In this document: positions 1 through 13,020 of the stretch, piece after piece | Layout of the letters: the number at the start of each line of letters is the position of its first letter | How positions within the stretch are numbered: position 1 is the stretch's first letter | Notes under the pieces: generated by a model | What the model was told of the DNA's origin: nothing | Databases searched by the model: none | The model's input: the letters and a program-made list of their open reading frames with translations, nothing else | Translations under genes and position numbers: made by a program | From: Catajapyx aquilonaris | Taxonomy: Eukaryota | DNA: 64,000 nt | Reading direction: 5' to 3' | NCBI GenBank assembly: GCA_000934665.2 | Contig: JYFJ02002026.1 | Location: forward strand, 1-64,000

Positions 1-536
1 ACAGTTTTGAGAGAAGCTGCGAGTATCATTGTTGTGTATTTGCATTTGTAATTGAAGTTAATTTGAGGCTTGTTTGCACAGGTGGTGTGCTAATAGCCTT
101 GTGAGTTGTCAGTTTGTTTTGCCGCCAAAAGGTGCTGATTACGGGCCTACTTGAGGATTTATTTCTAGGGTGTGGAAAACTTGGAACTGTGCCCTCCAGA
201 GTTGAGGCGACTATATTTACAGGTTTGACAGGAAGTTTGGCACATTTTGCTCAGGGAGCGATTCGCTGCCACAACACTTACGTTTTTATCGCTAAAACAA
301 ACCCACTGTATTCATTAGTAATGTCGTCACCCGCCCTCTTAAAATCGCCCTGGATTGGTTTGTTGACAGTTTGTGCAAGTGCTTAAAAATAGACCTTCCA
401 GTGAAGTGAAGGGCTGAGTGTGTAAAAGTGCAGTGATTTTAGGGAAGTTTTTGCAAGTGTACGCCACCTTTGCCGTTGCGCTGTTGTTGTGCTGGTGAAG
501 TGACCTAATTTGACTTTTTGCGTCTGACCCAACCAG

Positions 537-984
537 GCTGGCAGTGATGGATGCTCCAGCGTGGCAGAAGCAAGAGGTGGCTGACCTGGCCAAGTCCTTT
601 CAATCGTGGTTGTCCCAGGCCAAGACCTTCCTGGAGACTCCGGTCAATTCTTCCGACGAGACTGCCTTGAATGTGCGACTTGCCACTGTTAGAGCCTACG
701 AAAAGGAAATTCCTGCCCGAAAAGCAGAGTTGGAGCGTCTTGAACGCAGTAAGGGACAGATCGGAGATGCGGAAGTGGTTAGAATGAAGGTGGATGCGGA
801 CCTGGTTACGGCTGCCATCCCGGCACACAGCAGGCACCTTGAACAGAAACAATCGGCTCTGAAGAGGTTTAGTGCCCAACTGGATGCAATCATCGACTGG
901 GTCATGGAGATGAAGACGAGGGTGAATCTAGCAAAAGCAAAAGGAGAGATCAAGGAGAAGGGTGCCGAGATGGACATCCTGATG
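537..984 (+). CDS. Dys: Dystrophin-like exon (spectrin-repeat-like): LAVMDAPAWQKQEVADLAKSFQSWLSQAK...FSAQLDAIIDWVMEMKTRV...EMDILM
   Basis: Acceptor ccaaccag|G with a ctaat branch-like motif at 505-509; donor ATG|gtgagt at 984/985 (phase 0). Helical heptad pattern with spectrin-type Trp residues. Lies in the frame of ORF 544..1101. Confidence 0.85.
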
Positions 985-1202
985 GTGAGTGGTTTCGTCT
1001 CATTTTTGTTCAAGCTGTTACTAGGATCCTTGATAGAGTTCGTTTCCTATCAATATAAAACATGTAAATGTACTGCGAGCAAGAGGGACAAAATTGATTA
1101 AAACATCACACTGTGTTCAATTAGCCCAATGATTTTATTTAAAAAGTTTTTTTTCCCTATAATGTCATGCAAATATATCCTGAAAAGAAACACTTTCGCC
1201 GG

Positions 1203-1418
1203 AGTCACGATATTTATGAGATAAAAAGAAAATGGTTTTTTTTTGTTGATGCAGTTCCCCTGGATTCTACCAGAACATATCTCGTATGTAAATTAAAAGC
1301 CCTTTCCTCACGAGGAAATACACGAGGTAATTTACATACGAGATATGTTATGGTAGAATCTAGGGGAACTGCATGAACAAAAAAAACTTTTTCTATTTAT
1401 CTTATAAATATCGTGACT
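1203..1418. mobile_element. Foldback/MITE-like long inverted repeat
   Basis: Arms ~1203-1295 and ~1328-1418 are reverse complements with only a few mismatches (agtcacgatattta...gtatgtaaatta); the short spacer contains ttcctcacgaggaa. Confidence 0.75.
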
Positions 1419-1543
1419 AAAAATATAACATGGTTTCTTATTGATTCAGTCCATTATTGGGTGAATGGAACCCCTGATATTTTAAAGTGAGATTTGCAGT
1501 ACTTTGCTCATTAAAATTGCATAATTGCGATGATAAATTACAG

Positions 1544-1651
1544 GTGAAAGCGAGAGATCGCGAGACTGAAGTTAACGAAGTGGTGGAGAACTACACCAAT
1601 CTGGAGAAAGAATGCAACGGAAGCGGGCAGTCCATGTCCGTTGAACTTAAG
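1544..1651 (+). CDS. Dys: Dystrophin-like exon: VKARDRETEVNEVVENYTNLEKECNGSGQSMSVELK
   Basis: ttacag|GTG acceptor, AAG|gtaaat donor; 108 nt, phase 0-0, in frame with both neighbours. Confidence 0.88.
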
Positions 1652-1736
1652 GTAAATGTGGACCTCACCTTGTACTAATCAAGACTGAATGACATTGTGG
1701 TGAGAATAAATAAAAATCTGAAATTACATTTTTCAG

Positions 1737-1860
1737 GAGAAGGTAAAGAAACTGAAGGAGGATTGGCAGTATGTGAAGAGCAAAGGTGAAAAGATCCCTG
1801 AGGTTGTCACCTCCACTCCAGTCAGGAGTGAACCTGCACTTGCCAAGGCCGTCTATGTTG
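1737..1860 (+). CDS. Dys: Dystrophin-like exon: EKVKKLKEDWQYVKSKGEKIPEVVTSTPVRSEPALAKAVYV (end of spectrin helix C into linker)
   Basis: tttttcag|GAG acceptor, GTTG|gtgagt donor; 124 nt, phase 0-1; LKEDWQYV is a typical spectrin helix C motif. Confidence 0.88.
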
Positions 1861-2088
1861 GTGAGTTACATTGCACGATTTTTATATCTGAAAATACTAT
1901 TGGTCTTGGAGCCAAACGGATAGTAAATTCTAATATTTCCGGTCAGTTGACGTTATTTTGCTTTCATCCGTGGACTGAAGCCAACGGTGATTATTATGGG
2001 TCTGGAAAAGACACTGAGTGATTCCAGTACCAATGGCTGCTCATAAAAATGTATTGGGAGTACTGATTGCCTTGTCCATTACCATCTA

Positions 2089-2141
2089 CAGGGTGATTCA
2101 TAATCACACTGATTTGCCTTGCGAAAATATGAAACACCCTG
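2089..2141. mobile_element. Miniature CAGGGTG-terminal MITE remnant (53 bp)
   Basis: CAGGGTGATTCATA...TATGAAACACCCTG, 13/14 inverted match; TA on the left flank only. Confidence 0.5.
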
Positions 2142-3025
2142 TGTTGCCATATATAAACTTTTTTTCCCCCCCTTCAGTTTCTGTACGCGTCAGGTCTAAT
2201 AGTCCAACCCCTGACTATAAAACGCGATCACTAGTGACTATACTCTCCCTGCTTGGCTCTGAGCCCCAGTGCGTTCGGCTCATAAAAACAGGTCCCAAAA
2301 AACAGATGGATTATAGGGTGACCCCAGGGGGATAATCGCCAGAGAGCAAAGTTAGTGGTCCATGTGATGGATGAGAGACCTGCACAGTTTAGGCCCAGTT
2401 TAGGGACTTGTGGCCAGTTATAAAACATCAGTCGCAGTGAAGCTGTATATATACACGCACCACATTTTCCCAACTGTGTTTTTCCCACTGGCAATCGCAG
2501 CCAGAAACAACATTTTTTTTTTGAGATACTGTACCACCATTTTTTTATTATTTGTGTGTGTGAGAAAAAAAAGCTGCAGTGGTCCACAGTTTTCTTCAGT
2601 TTTAGTTGACCCTGCGGTTTGGTTCTTGTTCAAAATGTGCAGTATCAACCCCCCCATGAAAAATCGAACATGGGAAGTATTCCAGGAGTCTACTAACTGT
2701 AAGTGCGAGTTCATAACTCGTGCTAGTATCTATTAAAAGGGAAATAATATTCCGAGGGGGCGGAACGCGGTATATATATCGCCCCCAGAAAGTTTGGCCC
2801 GGGCCATGCGAATAAATCTCCCTTTTCTAGCTGCTAGTTTTTGCCATAGAATCCTTCTCTTTTTTTTTTGGTGTGGTTTGGCTCTAGGCTTCCATTATCT
2901 GTGTTCGTTACTCATCATTTAATGGGAGTGGCGGATGATGAAGAAGAAAGAAAAGGAGGCGACTCTGAGAGATGATCCTCGCTTTGAGATAATGGATCTT
3001 TTTCCTCCCCCCGGGGAGTACTGTA

Positions 3026-3094
3026 CAGGGTGTGTCGTAACTGATTGTAATCCAACACTTTTCTATACACAAAAAAGGTTTGCGAAACACCCTG
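3026..3094. mobile_element. Miniature CAGGGTG-terminal MITE remnant (69 bp)
   Basis: CAGGGTGTGTCGTAA...TTGCGAAACACCCTG, 13/15 inverted match; TA on the left flank only. Confidence 0.5.
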
Positions 3095-5309
3095 CCGATT
3101 TCTATCCATCCGTCCGTCTCTCCACATGGCGCACAAACTTCCTATCACGTCCGCCTTACGTGCCAGATTGGCTTTTTTCCGTGGGTCTTCCTCTCCTTTT
3201 ATTTTATGTCTTTATCTGCAGGCCGGACTTCTATTCCTCACCACGGCCAGCATGGCCCTCCCCCGTTATCAAATTCCGACTATTCTTCCTCTTCTTTTTT
3301 CGGGGGGGAATGTGCACACGACCGTTGCGTCCATCACCCTCTGCGGATCTTGAGGGAAAATGGTACACCGTTTTGCAGGTGCGCCGGACAACCCGCGAAT
3401 AATATTCTGATAGGTTTCCTTGCGAAAACTGAAAAGAGATGGGTGGACTGATAACAACAAAAAAGAAACTCCAGTTTAAAATGTTGATGGAGCACGCAAG
3501 CTCAGCTATGAATATTGAGAAGAGTTCTATCGACTTATGTTGACGCAACATAAAGCTCTGAATTTTCTTAAGAGAAATTCAAGCCCGACCCGGGGATCGA
3601 ACTCGGTTTGCGGCCTAAACCACAGCGTCACCTTTCCAACCTCATATAGATCGCAATGAGACCACTTAGTGGCCAGCACAAAATTTGGCAAACGGCCCTT
3701 TGGTTAATTTTAACATGCCGAAAAATTGACAGAAATTCTAATGACCTGGCTCAACTCCCATTTATTTTTTTGGATCCGTTCGTATGTGCTGATGGGTATC
3801 ACCTGTTCGGAAAACCTGGTATGTTGTGAGGGGGTTTGTGAGCCTTTTGCTGCAGAATGGGAGGGGTGGGGAGGTAGGAAGGATTTGCAGGATCCTCTGC
3901 CTCCATATTGATCCCCGTCATTAAGCCCTGAGTGTCTGGGCCCAAGCCTTTTGCCAGCTTAGAGAAGTTGAGCTTTGGACCTGCTGCACGTCTAGGCCTT
4001 AGGCCCAAATCCTTTTTCCCTGCAGGCGCCCCCCTCTTCAGGCTCCAGGGCTTTGCTCTCTCTCAACTAAGTCATCCAGGGGTGGATGACTTTATTCCAA
4101 GGTTGCCTGAGAAATATTAAATAACTTTTTTTTCCTCCCAACACCCCTTGTGCACCTTGCTATTGAACCAGCAGGTGAATGCCGCATTGTTGTGTCTACC
4201 ACCTACGAGGCTATGTAACATGCAAACTGACCATTATATACCAGGAACACAGATCAAAAATAAAGGCGGCTCATGTTGGCAAATACGGACATTTCTACCA
4301 ATGGGGTTTGCATAATTATATATTTGTTTTTTTTAAAAAATAAAAAATGGCAGTTCAATTGATCCAACGGAGGCTTTGATATGCAAAAGCAAATATATGA
4401 AAACCGTTGCAAGTGGTATTGTCGGGCATGTAATCCGCTGCGAGCGTCCTATATCCGTCAGCACGAAATGGAAAAATTGTGGACCCGAAAATTTCCCGAT
4501 ATATAATTTTTGCGAGCATGAAATTGCTTATTTTACGCCGCATTTAAATGCTGAGATAATATTCACTTTAACAAGTCGTTAACTCTCTCAGGCATTACTG
4601 TCTCCTGCTGGCAGATTAATGCTCGGACTCGTTTTCATAATTGCACTACGTTATCGCATAATCAGTTGGAAGAAAATCGAGGTCTCTCTCTCACACACAC
4701 ACTGCAATAATTACGCGGGGGCTTGAAAATCCGACGTGTAATTAGGCCACCAAACTTTTGTTGTGTTTTGTGTGTCTCTCAACGTTGCATGCAACCTAGT
4801 TATATACACAGTATAACAGCATCACGCTAATTCGACGCGAGTAAGCAGCGGTAGGGTTTTGCACACAACATCCTCTTGGGGAAGGTTAGTTAGGGAGTCT
4901 GCGGAGGAATTGTTGTAATTTTGCCACATCACGGGGCCGGGGATATTTCTCTCTGCGTGGAGACTCGAATAGCATTTGTAATTCGGTTAGGCCTCGAAAT
5001 CAAGGCACCGCCGCCAAGTGTGTTACTCATTTCGGAGAGCTGAGAGAGAGAATAAAGGGTTGGGGGGACCCCCCCTGAAAACTCCCCAGCAGGAAGCAGC
5101 CTTTAATGCGGCCTCCAGAAAATGAAACAAGTAACATTACCCCCGCTTGCAAAACGCGCAAAATTGCGGTGATGTATACTGTACTCGCGCTTGTAAGGAT
5201 GCGGGCGACGCATTTGGGAATATTTAGGTTAATTTATAACACACACAGTAGGCCGACTTGCAAATTACTGTCACTCAACTCCTATGTACGTGTGCTGTGA
5301 AAATAAATT

Positions 5310-5460
5310 TATAATGTATTAAAATCGTAGTGGGTGCATTCTGATTGGTCCGCATCATATTGTTACCGCGACGGGCGACGCTTCCGATTGGCCCCGTTCC
5401 GCGCATGCGCAAAGTGATGGCGACAACACCTCTGGTGGGTGGGAAGGGGAACTATCCATT
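5310..5460 (+). repeat. Dispersed repeat, copy 1 (two ATTGG boxes plus GCGCATGCGC)
   Basis: ctgattggtccgcatcatattgttaccgcgacgggcgacgcttccgattggcc...gcgcatgcgc...ctctggtgggtgggaaggggaactatc aligns to the copies at 16530-16680 (minus) and 63905-64000. Confidence 0.8.
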
Positions 5461-7390
5461 CGTTCTCTGACTGCCGGGGGTTCTCCTTAAAGCTACCTCA
5501 AGAAAGGGGTTTTATATAGTGTGTAATTAATATCTAAGAATATGTTCACGTCTCCAGGCCATGAAAGGGCCTGGTGCAATCTCAGGTTTCCGTTCCAGCA
5601 GCCGGATAAAAAAAGAAAAGGAAGGTATCGGCTCGGTGTAAATCTCCGGGGTCAACATGCATCCTCCAAAGGAAGTTGCGGATCCCACGTAATTTGAAGC
5701 CGTGCTTGACTCTCGACTGGCGGAATTATTACCGCGCCAAAAGGAGATCCCTTCCTGATATATAAGGCGGCCACTTCTGGATGCGAAAGGAGTGTTTGCT
5801 CCTGCCTCCAATCTCGAGGAATGGGGGAATCCGCAAATATTTTCGCCTTAGGAAGAAGCGCAGATATGATTAATGCCCTGCGCATCTAGCATGGGCCAAG
5901 GTAACAGTCTACAGACATCAACTTCATACTTAAATGTTAGAAGCAATAAGGGCCAGTTGCATTGAAAGCAAAAGACACAACAGATATCTTTCTCCTAATA
6001 GGCTTATTCTCTCCGTCGTATATTTGTCCGACATGATAGTATCACTGACTTGCGAGTGGCAGGAGTGTGCAGAAGGATTATGCGCCATCTATGCTTGAAG
6101 ATTAGTACTACATGGCTTGATTGTCACTATAGGCAATGGGTTCACTAATTACGTTAAATAAATTTAAAAAACGCATTTTAATTTGGGCATTGCAACTAAA
6201 GCCATACCTCCAACAAGATGGCAGTTCAATCAATAAAAGATGCACAGCTTGTATTAAGGCCTGAGAGACATGAACTCCTCAGTTCCTCCAGAATTAGGTT
6301 TCTTCATTCCTGGAGAAGAGCGTGACGTCACGTACCTCCTCCTTTCCCCCCATCTTCTTCCTTTTTTATCTGGAGCTGTGTCTCTCAGGAGGCTTCATAA
6401 GAGTTGATGAAGGAGGACAGGAACATAAGCAGGCGGGAGTTTTAATCCCAGGGATGATGCAAAATGTATATAATGGAAGGGAGTGCACTTTTTCTTGCTC
6501 CTCAAACATTTTAGTCTAGCAATTAATCCGACCACGTCCAAAAAGTGTAGCTGAGCAGTCTGTTTCCTCTGGGCCGCAAGAGAGAGGCTTATCCTTTCCG
6601 TGTTGCGTTCAATATGCGCACTTAATAACGGGACGCCGGCGAATCCTCTTACGAGTTTTTCCCCTCTGGTCTTCCTCCCCATACTGGCTTTAATCCCCCG
6701 ATGGGAAATGTGTGTTCGGGACCACTTTCTCCCCTAATTTCATTCTCAGTTTTTGGATGCAAAGTTTGGCCAGGTGTTGTTGTGGCAACCAACGTCGGAT
6801 CAAAGTCTATGGAACAGTCTGTTGACGTTACTCTGAGAGAATCAGTTGGAGATTGAATCACGATTTTTTTAAATGTGCATAAAATGAATTTAAGCTTGTG
6901 GGTTAGTAATTTAGTTATTTAGAAGCAGGGGGTGTACTTCACTGAATTTACGATATTCTAGGAGATTACTGCTAGTGCTGCATAGCACTCTAAAAAGGGA
7001 GTCAAGGGTACCACCACCAGGAGCGCTTGAATTATTTTGCGCAGCAACGAGGGAGCAAATTGAAAATAAAACATTGCACTAACGGGAGAAACCGGATTAA
7101 CCGGAGCAGCCTCCAAAGGAAAATTAGGACCAAAAAAAAACATTTTAAGAGAACGACACCCAAAATAACACAGGGTGGTCCAGCGATTTCTTATAGGACA
7201 AAAAGGTCGTCATTTTTTTCTCTCCATGTCATGCCATGCTTTTCCTAAAATATGAGTAATGTTCATGACGGAAGCTCAATTAGGAAGAGGAGGTTGACAA
7301 GATAAATAATGTCTCTCTTTATTTACGCCCTGTGAAGGAAACTGAAATGAAACCTTCTTGTGCCCCCCATCGCTTTACGACTGTCGCTGT

Positions 7391-7412
7391 TCTCTCTCTC
7401 TCTCTCTCTCTC
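7391..7412 (+). repeat. (TC)11 microsatellite / GAGA-type tract
   Basis: Read directly from the sequence. Confidence 0.9.
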
Positions 7413-10400
7413 TGTTATTGTCATTAGTTTCGCTCCATCTCTGCTTGCCTTTTCCTTGTGCTCAGTTTCCAAAGGAGAGACTCTGACTGAACACTGTATC
7501 TCGGTCCCAATTAGAACCGAGTTTGTGCAAAGGAAAGGGTTGAAATGGGAGGAGGTCGTTTCCGATACTTAACGCTGAGTAAAAGGATGCAATTTGAGAG
7601 GTCTGAACTCTCTTTCTGGTGGCCTAGTTCACGCTGAAGTTTTCGGAAAATATTTTGCAACGGTAGTACATTAGAAACAATAAAATGAGGTTTTCTTGCA
7701 AATTTTTTCATGCGCGTCATGTGATAAGGGGGCATTGGATGTTGGCAATTTGATTTTTGGGGAACGAGCTGGAAATTCTAGTTTGGTATACAGCACCAAA
7801 AAAAGTGTTCATGAGGAATAATTACGGGCTGATCAGTGTCCGGGATCACTGTCTACGGGCTTATTGACTGAGGATAATAGGCTCCATTTTTTGGCGTCGT
7901 TAGGCGTAAATGGGAGTTGTTACAACGCAATATCCTGTAGTCTATTGCTATGTAAGTGGCTGATGGCTTTCTGATCCGATCTGGAAATGAATTTTTTTCT
8001 GTGCCATATAGTTGATTGCCAGGTTCACATAAAAATTACCAAGTACATTTTTGACAAATTACACAGGTTGTACAGTACGTTGCATTTCAGAGCGAAACAC
8101 TCTGCTCAGCTCAGTGCGTTAATTGGTAATGTAATTATTATTTTTCTCTCTCTCTGCGGGAATAGTTTTTCTGGAGTGAGTTTCAAGTGCATCATCATCA
8201 TCGTCCTTTTCGGCTTTACGACTATACCGTCATAAACCGAGCTGGGGGAGCTTTGATGAAAATCCTGGTTTTGATGTCGGTGAGCCCGGGTCTCAAAACC
8301 CTCGACAGTGACCCATAATTATCCCGCCCAATTGACACTCGTAATTTCTACTTATGACCGCTTTTTCACTGAGCGGGCCAAGAGATGGGTGCCAGCTATA
8401 TATATGGAGGATATGGGGAGGGGGTAAATCCAATGGAATTTAATCGCGATGAAAACGGATCGAGTAATTTATTGATCACGGAGACTAATGGCAACACCGC
8501 TTGGGACAGAGAACCGAAAGTTAAATCCACAACTTTTTTTTTATTTTTTTTTGCATTTTGTACCAGGAACGATTCCGGATGCATCAAATTTTTTATTATT
8601 TCGGGAGTGAAAGCTGCCAAGAAAAATTGTCTGCCGTTTTGAGATGAGTGATCTTTTTAAACTGGCTTATTTTGGCGGCCATGACAAGTTGGAGTGCGAT
8701 TCTAAAAATCACTTGGCGGGGCATTTCGCGGGGATTTGTCAGCTGCTGTTGGCTGGAATCTGACATTTGCAGGCGTTGTTGACGCGTGCAGTTTTATTGG
8801 GATGTGAATTTATGATCAGGCTGATGCTTCTAGTTCATCCTGACTCTTCAGGCTTACCCGCAATACTCAACGTTGGAGGGGAAATCTACCAGCTAGGATG
8901 AAATATTAGTCACATTTTGTTTACCTTTTTTTTCTGTACCCAACAAGCTAAACAAGTTGGAAATTGAACGGGGCAGAATATTAATTATTATTATCTCGAG
9001 CTTTGCTTCAGGGCTTAATGAAATGAGGAGTTTATGGGCTCCGGAATTTGCCTCGTGCTTTCCAGTCCAGAGGAGTGAGACCGCATTCTTCGCATTATTC
9101 CCTTGTGCTTTTGTCCCGCACAAATGGAGGAAGCAGAAGAACCAAGCAGAGCAGCGGTTGAGACCCGGTTTTAGGGGACCAAGTTTCGAGACGGAGAGGG
9201 GGCCTGGAAATCTCGCAGGCAGTTAATTTTTTCTCCTTCTTTTTATATATAAAACAAGGAGAGTTTCTCTCGGGATGATGGGAATTATTGCAGGCTCTGG
9301 CAGATGCTGAGGGCTAAACTGCTGTCAGCTCAACTGATGGAAGATTCTGGCCTTTCTCATGCCAACATTCTTCGGTTTTTATTGCGAATCTTGCAGAACT
9401 TGGTTCATTACCAGAAGGCTCTGTGAAACTTCTATTTTTATTTTCAAAATGCGGAATCGTGCAGTTTTGTAGCACCCTGTGTATATATGCGGGCTATTTA
9501 ATATTGCATGGGTCCGGTGGGCCTTTGCGGAAAAGTCTAGCGCGCCTTGCAAAATCACCCCTGCGCTGTGCCTAGGGGGTGGAAAGTGCATACATTTTCC
9601 GGAGAGGCCTCGACCCCGTAGCTCGATTGCAGTTGGAAAACGCAAGTGCGGGTCGTAAATCTACCCCTTCCCCAAGATGTATTTGTGGAGGGTCCCAGGG
9701 TTAGAATGGAGAGTAGTTGCATTCGACTCACGCTCGTCCGTCTCTCTCACAAGAGAGCCAGCAAATATTTTTTTGCGCGCAGAAAATTGCCAGGTGCGGC
9801 CAAAAATAAAGTTTGAACATTCCCCGATTTGTCAACTTTTCAAGTCGCATAGACGGTTTGTTGGGTTGGAGAGGGATAAATCTATCCGGACAATCCGGGG
9901 GTCTCCCCCGATAAGATCCAATATCCAGTAGCTTTAGGTCCATCGATCCCGGAGGCTGGGGGTCCAGCATTGGCTCATAAATCCTGTTACAAATCGGAAA
10001 GGGGGGGTCCAACCTGCTTGTGTGTGTTAGGGGTCGAGTGTCTTAAGCATTAATGTCGACACGAGGCCCGTGGGGGATTGATTAAGCTGGGGGGGACATT
10101 CGCGTTGTTTGGATTCCAGAGCACGCGTTTTGTTGTTGAGGGTTGCAAGTCGCGTACGCAACTGGTTGCTGACCACCAGACTTTTTTTGGGGGGGTGGAG
10201 GTTTCCATTACAGGTCGTTAGTAGATAAGTCCGGATTGTTCTTTACTTTTCCCAACAGGTGCATTGTTGTAATTTTCATAAATTTAGCCACATTTTTCAA
10301 CCGGGGCGCTAATGATATAAATTGACGTGTCGGAAATAAACCCAGGCGCGGCGCTTTAAAAGCGAGTAATGCGAGGTGGGCTCATCGGCATAATGAGTAA

Positions 10401-11069
10401 TAAATATGAGTGCCACTTTAATTGCTACGTGCCACTTTTGAAACATTTGGCGGGGGTCCGAACCCCCCCGGATTACAAATTACCCCTGTGACATTGTTGT
10501 TCTCTGAAATGACACCCGCGTGAAGTATAGCGTCCTATTTAATCAGGCCCCCCTGCACTATTATAATATGCACTACAATTTTCCCATTGAAATTTATTAT
10601 CCGATCCTTTTATTGTTGCGCGCCTGACTGTACAGTATAGTCCACACACCGACGCTGATTAGGCGTATAATTGCTGTTTAAAAAATTAGTGATTTTGCAC
10701 AACCCAATGCGACAAAACCATGGGGACAATATTCACCTGTTTGGATAGTTGAACACGTACATGTGCCAAACCCAACAATGCCTACTCGTACCAGATGAGT
10801 TCACACCAGAAGTTTGTTGGATTCGCGATGAAAACACCCTTGCTCGAGTGTTAAACGTGTCTAGCGGGGCAATATTTCCGACCTCTTTATCGTTACGGGT
10901 TGTCTCATTGAATCCGCAAACGCAGTTGGGAGAACATAACACGATTCATTTTCAACCTCCCCCAGAAGTTGTCGCGGGTCGAAATCCCCGCAGATGTAAA
11001 AGAGAACTTTGTAAAGACCATTTTCACGGATCGAGATGCTTGAATTCACTCGGGCAGGTTTGAAGGAAT

Positions 11070-11093
11070 GGGGGGGGGGGGGGGGGGGGGGGG
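11070..11093 (+). repeat. Poly-G run (24 nt) next to an ambiguous base
   Basis: Read directly; the n at 11098 suggests uncertain assembly here. Confidence 0.85.
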
Positions 11094-11544
11094 AGGANGA
11101 TTTTCCCTGGGTGTAATGTCCCATGGCCTATGTGGATGGTGGTATTGGATATCCCCACCGTTGGAATGTCTAGCTAGGACAACCACTGATTCTGAGGACA
11201 TTTTGGACGCTCTTTGCGGGGGTGGGATTGTATAAGGTAGGGGTGGAGCCGGTATATATAGAATGGAAGCGATCTTCTCTATTCAACCTCAGATTCATTA
11301 TTCATGTTTGCGAGCAGGGTTTCGACAAGGCGGCGAGCGCCTGGGATTTGACGAGCGAGATTTGCTTACATTCTGGAATGGCGATTAAGGAAGGGGCCTC
11401 GGAATTTTGCAAGAGCTGAGCTACACTAGCTGGGAGGAGAAAAAAAAAGGTTTGCTGAACGTACTATAGTCAGGGAGAGAGCGAAAAAATCGTTATGCGC
11501 ACAGAATTGTGCAAAAGTGGGGCTCAGTTAAGACGATCCCCCAC

Positions 11545-11705
11545 CCCAGGTAGCACACTTCGTCGGCCCGATGTCGGCGAATGACACCGGGCCAATGTTG
11601 GGGAGCGATGTCGGGCCAATGTAAAAGGGTTAACTTTTTGTCACATCGGGCCGACGTTGGCATCTGATGTTGGGCCGATGTTGGCATACGGTGCATGACC
11701 CGATC
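11545..11705 (+). mobile_element. Possible terminal fragment of an EnSpm/CACTA-like DNA transposon
   Basis: Begins CCCAGGTAGCACA, followed by reiterated subterminal motifs (gggccgatgt, gggccaatgt, gatgtcgg, gatgttgg). No matching opposite terminus found downstream. Confidence 0.4.
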
Positions 11706-12920
11706 TACAGTCCGCAGGCCCAGAAAAAAAGCGTGCGAAGCGAGGGTTTTTTTCTAGTATGATTTTTAAGATTGGGTGTGAAGGCAAGACTATAGGGTCA
11801 AACCGAGCAGCCCACAAGTAATGAGTAGGGACATCAATTTCACGGGTAACTACACCTCTCTTATCGCATAGGGTCCAACGGTAGGGGATTTGTAAGCCGG
11901 ATCACACAAGGGGGCTCAGACATTTTCTCATTGCAACACCACCACCCTTCCCCCACCAGGTTTTTAACAACCTGTTTTATGCCCGCACTTATCTCGTCTC
12001 TAATGAAAAATCCAGTTAGCACAACAAGCATGTCACAGATTTATTGGACTGTTTTATTCGGGTTGGAAGGGATGGAGGATTTAGGTTCTCTTTTTTTTCT
12101 GGTTCAGGACAAAAGAGGCGGCAAGTGTACGCACGCGATTACGGTGATGGCGCTTTGGGCAAGTAAATATTTATTTCATGGAGCGTGTGTTCCAAGTGCG
12201 GTCGCCTTGTTTTGTTAATGGAGTTAAAATGCTTCGTAATTGATCCGCTTAAAGTGGCAAGAACGCTCTCGTGACTGAGCTGGACGTGTGTGTGGGGCAT
12301 TGCATTTTCGCCAAAATAATTCGCGAATTGGCTGGTGATGTGTCCAAATAAGAATAATTTCGATAAAACATTGGACATTATTGGAACATACTGTCCTCTT
12401 TTTGGTTTCGCTGCACGAACGTTGTGTACCTTCGGGTACGATAACAGTTGCAACGTCCTCATTTACGCAAATGTGTCCGCTCGTGAACGTAATCGCATTT
12501 AGTAAGCGGGTCGTGCTACAATTATACCCGGCGCAAGCTGGCGCTAACTCAGTTTATTTTAATTTAATCAACATGACGTTGACAGCCGTTAACTATATGC
12601 TGGTTTTAAGCCTCGAAACCGTTAATACATAACAATAGAGCATGAAAATTTGCGATTACCAGTCGAATATTTTTTTTAACTCGGTACATTTTTCGAGGAA
12701 TGCTTGGCTTTCATTTGCGGGGACAACGACCCGAGTGTAATGACTACACAGCTCCATTATTTCAAACAATTTTTTTGTTGATTGCAGCATTTCGTGATAA
12801 TTGATCACGCCAGCCTTTTTTTTTGCGCGCACAGCTCGGGTTTATTGAATTGTTGCAATGCTCGAGTCTCAGCACATTTTGACCTCATCTCTTGCTGGGT
12901 TCTTCTTCTTGAACCCTGAC

Positions 12921-13020
12921 ATGTTCGAGAGTTTATGGGGAGGTTGGTGCAAACTAACCCGATTCTCTGCTTCCGCCCGGATTGCCGGGGGTTGGGAAGG
13001 CTCCGGATTCAGTTCGGCAG
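12921..13020 (+). CDS. Candidate coding part of an internal first exon: MFESLWGGWCKLTRFSASARIAGGWEGSGFSSA
   Basis: ATG at 12921, open for 100 nt to CAG|gtaaat; phase 1 matches the acceptor at 33419. No homology support. Confidence 0.25.

Noticed and set aside
985..1101. C-terminal hydrophobic tail of ORF 544..1101 (VSGFVSFLFKLLLGSLIEF...)
   Set aside because: Read-through into the intron after the strong ATG|gtgagt donor; not evidence of a transmembrane segment.
3583..3677. tRNA or tRNA-derived SINE on the minus strand (GTTCGATCCCCGG B-box-like motif)
   Set aside because: Only a T-arm-like motif is present; I could not build a cloverleaf or find a second copy.
5891..5900. ATG GGC CAA G|gtaaca as a mini first exon (MGQ-G, phase 1)
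   Set aside because: Too short, with a mediocre donor; expected by chance.
6321..6332. CRE palindrome cgtgacgtcacg; also MEF2-like CTATTTATAG at 20852-20861
   Set aside because: Isolated short motifs are expected by chance in 64 kb and show no clustering.
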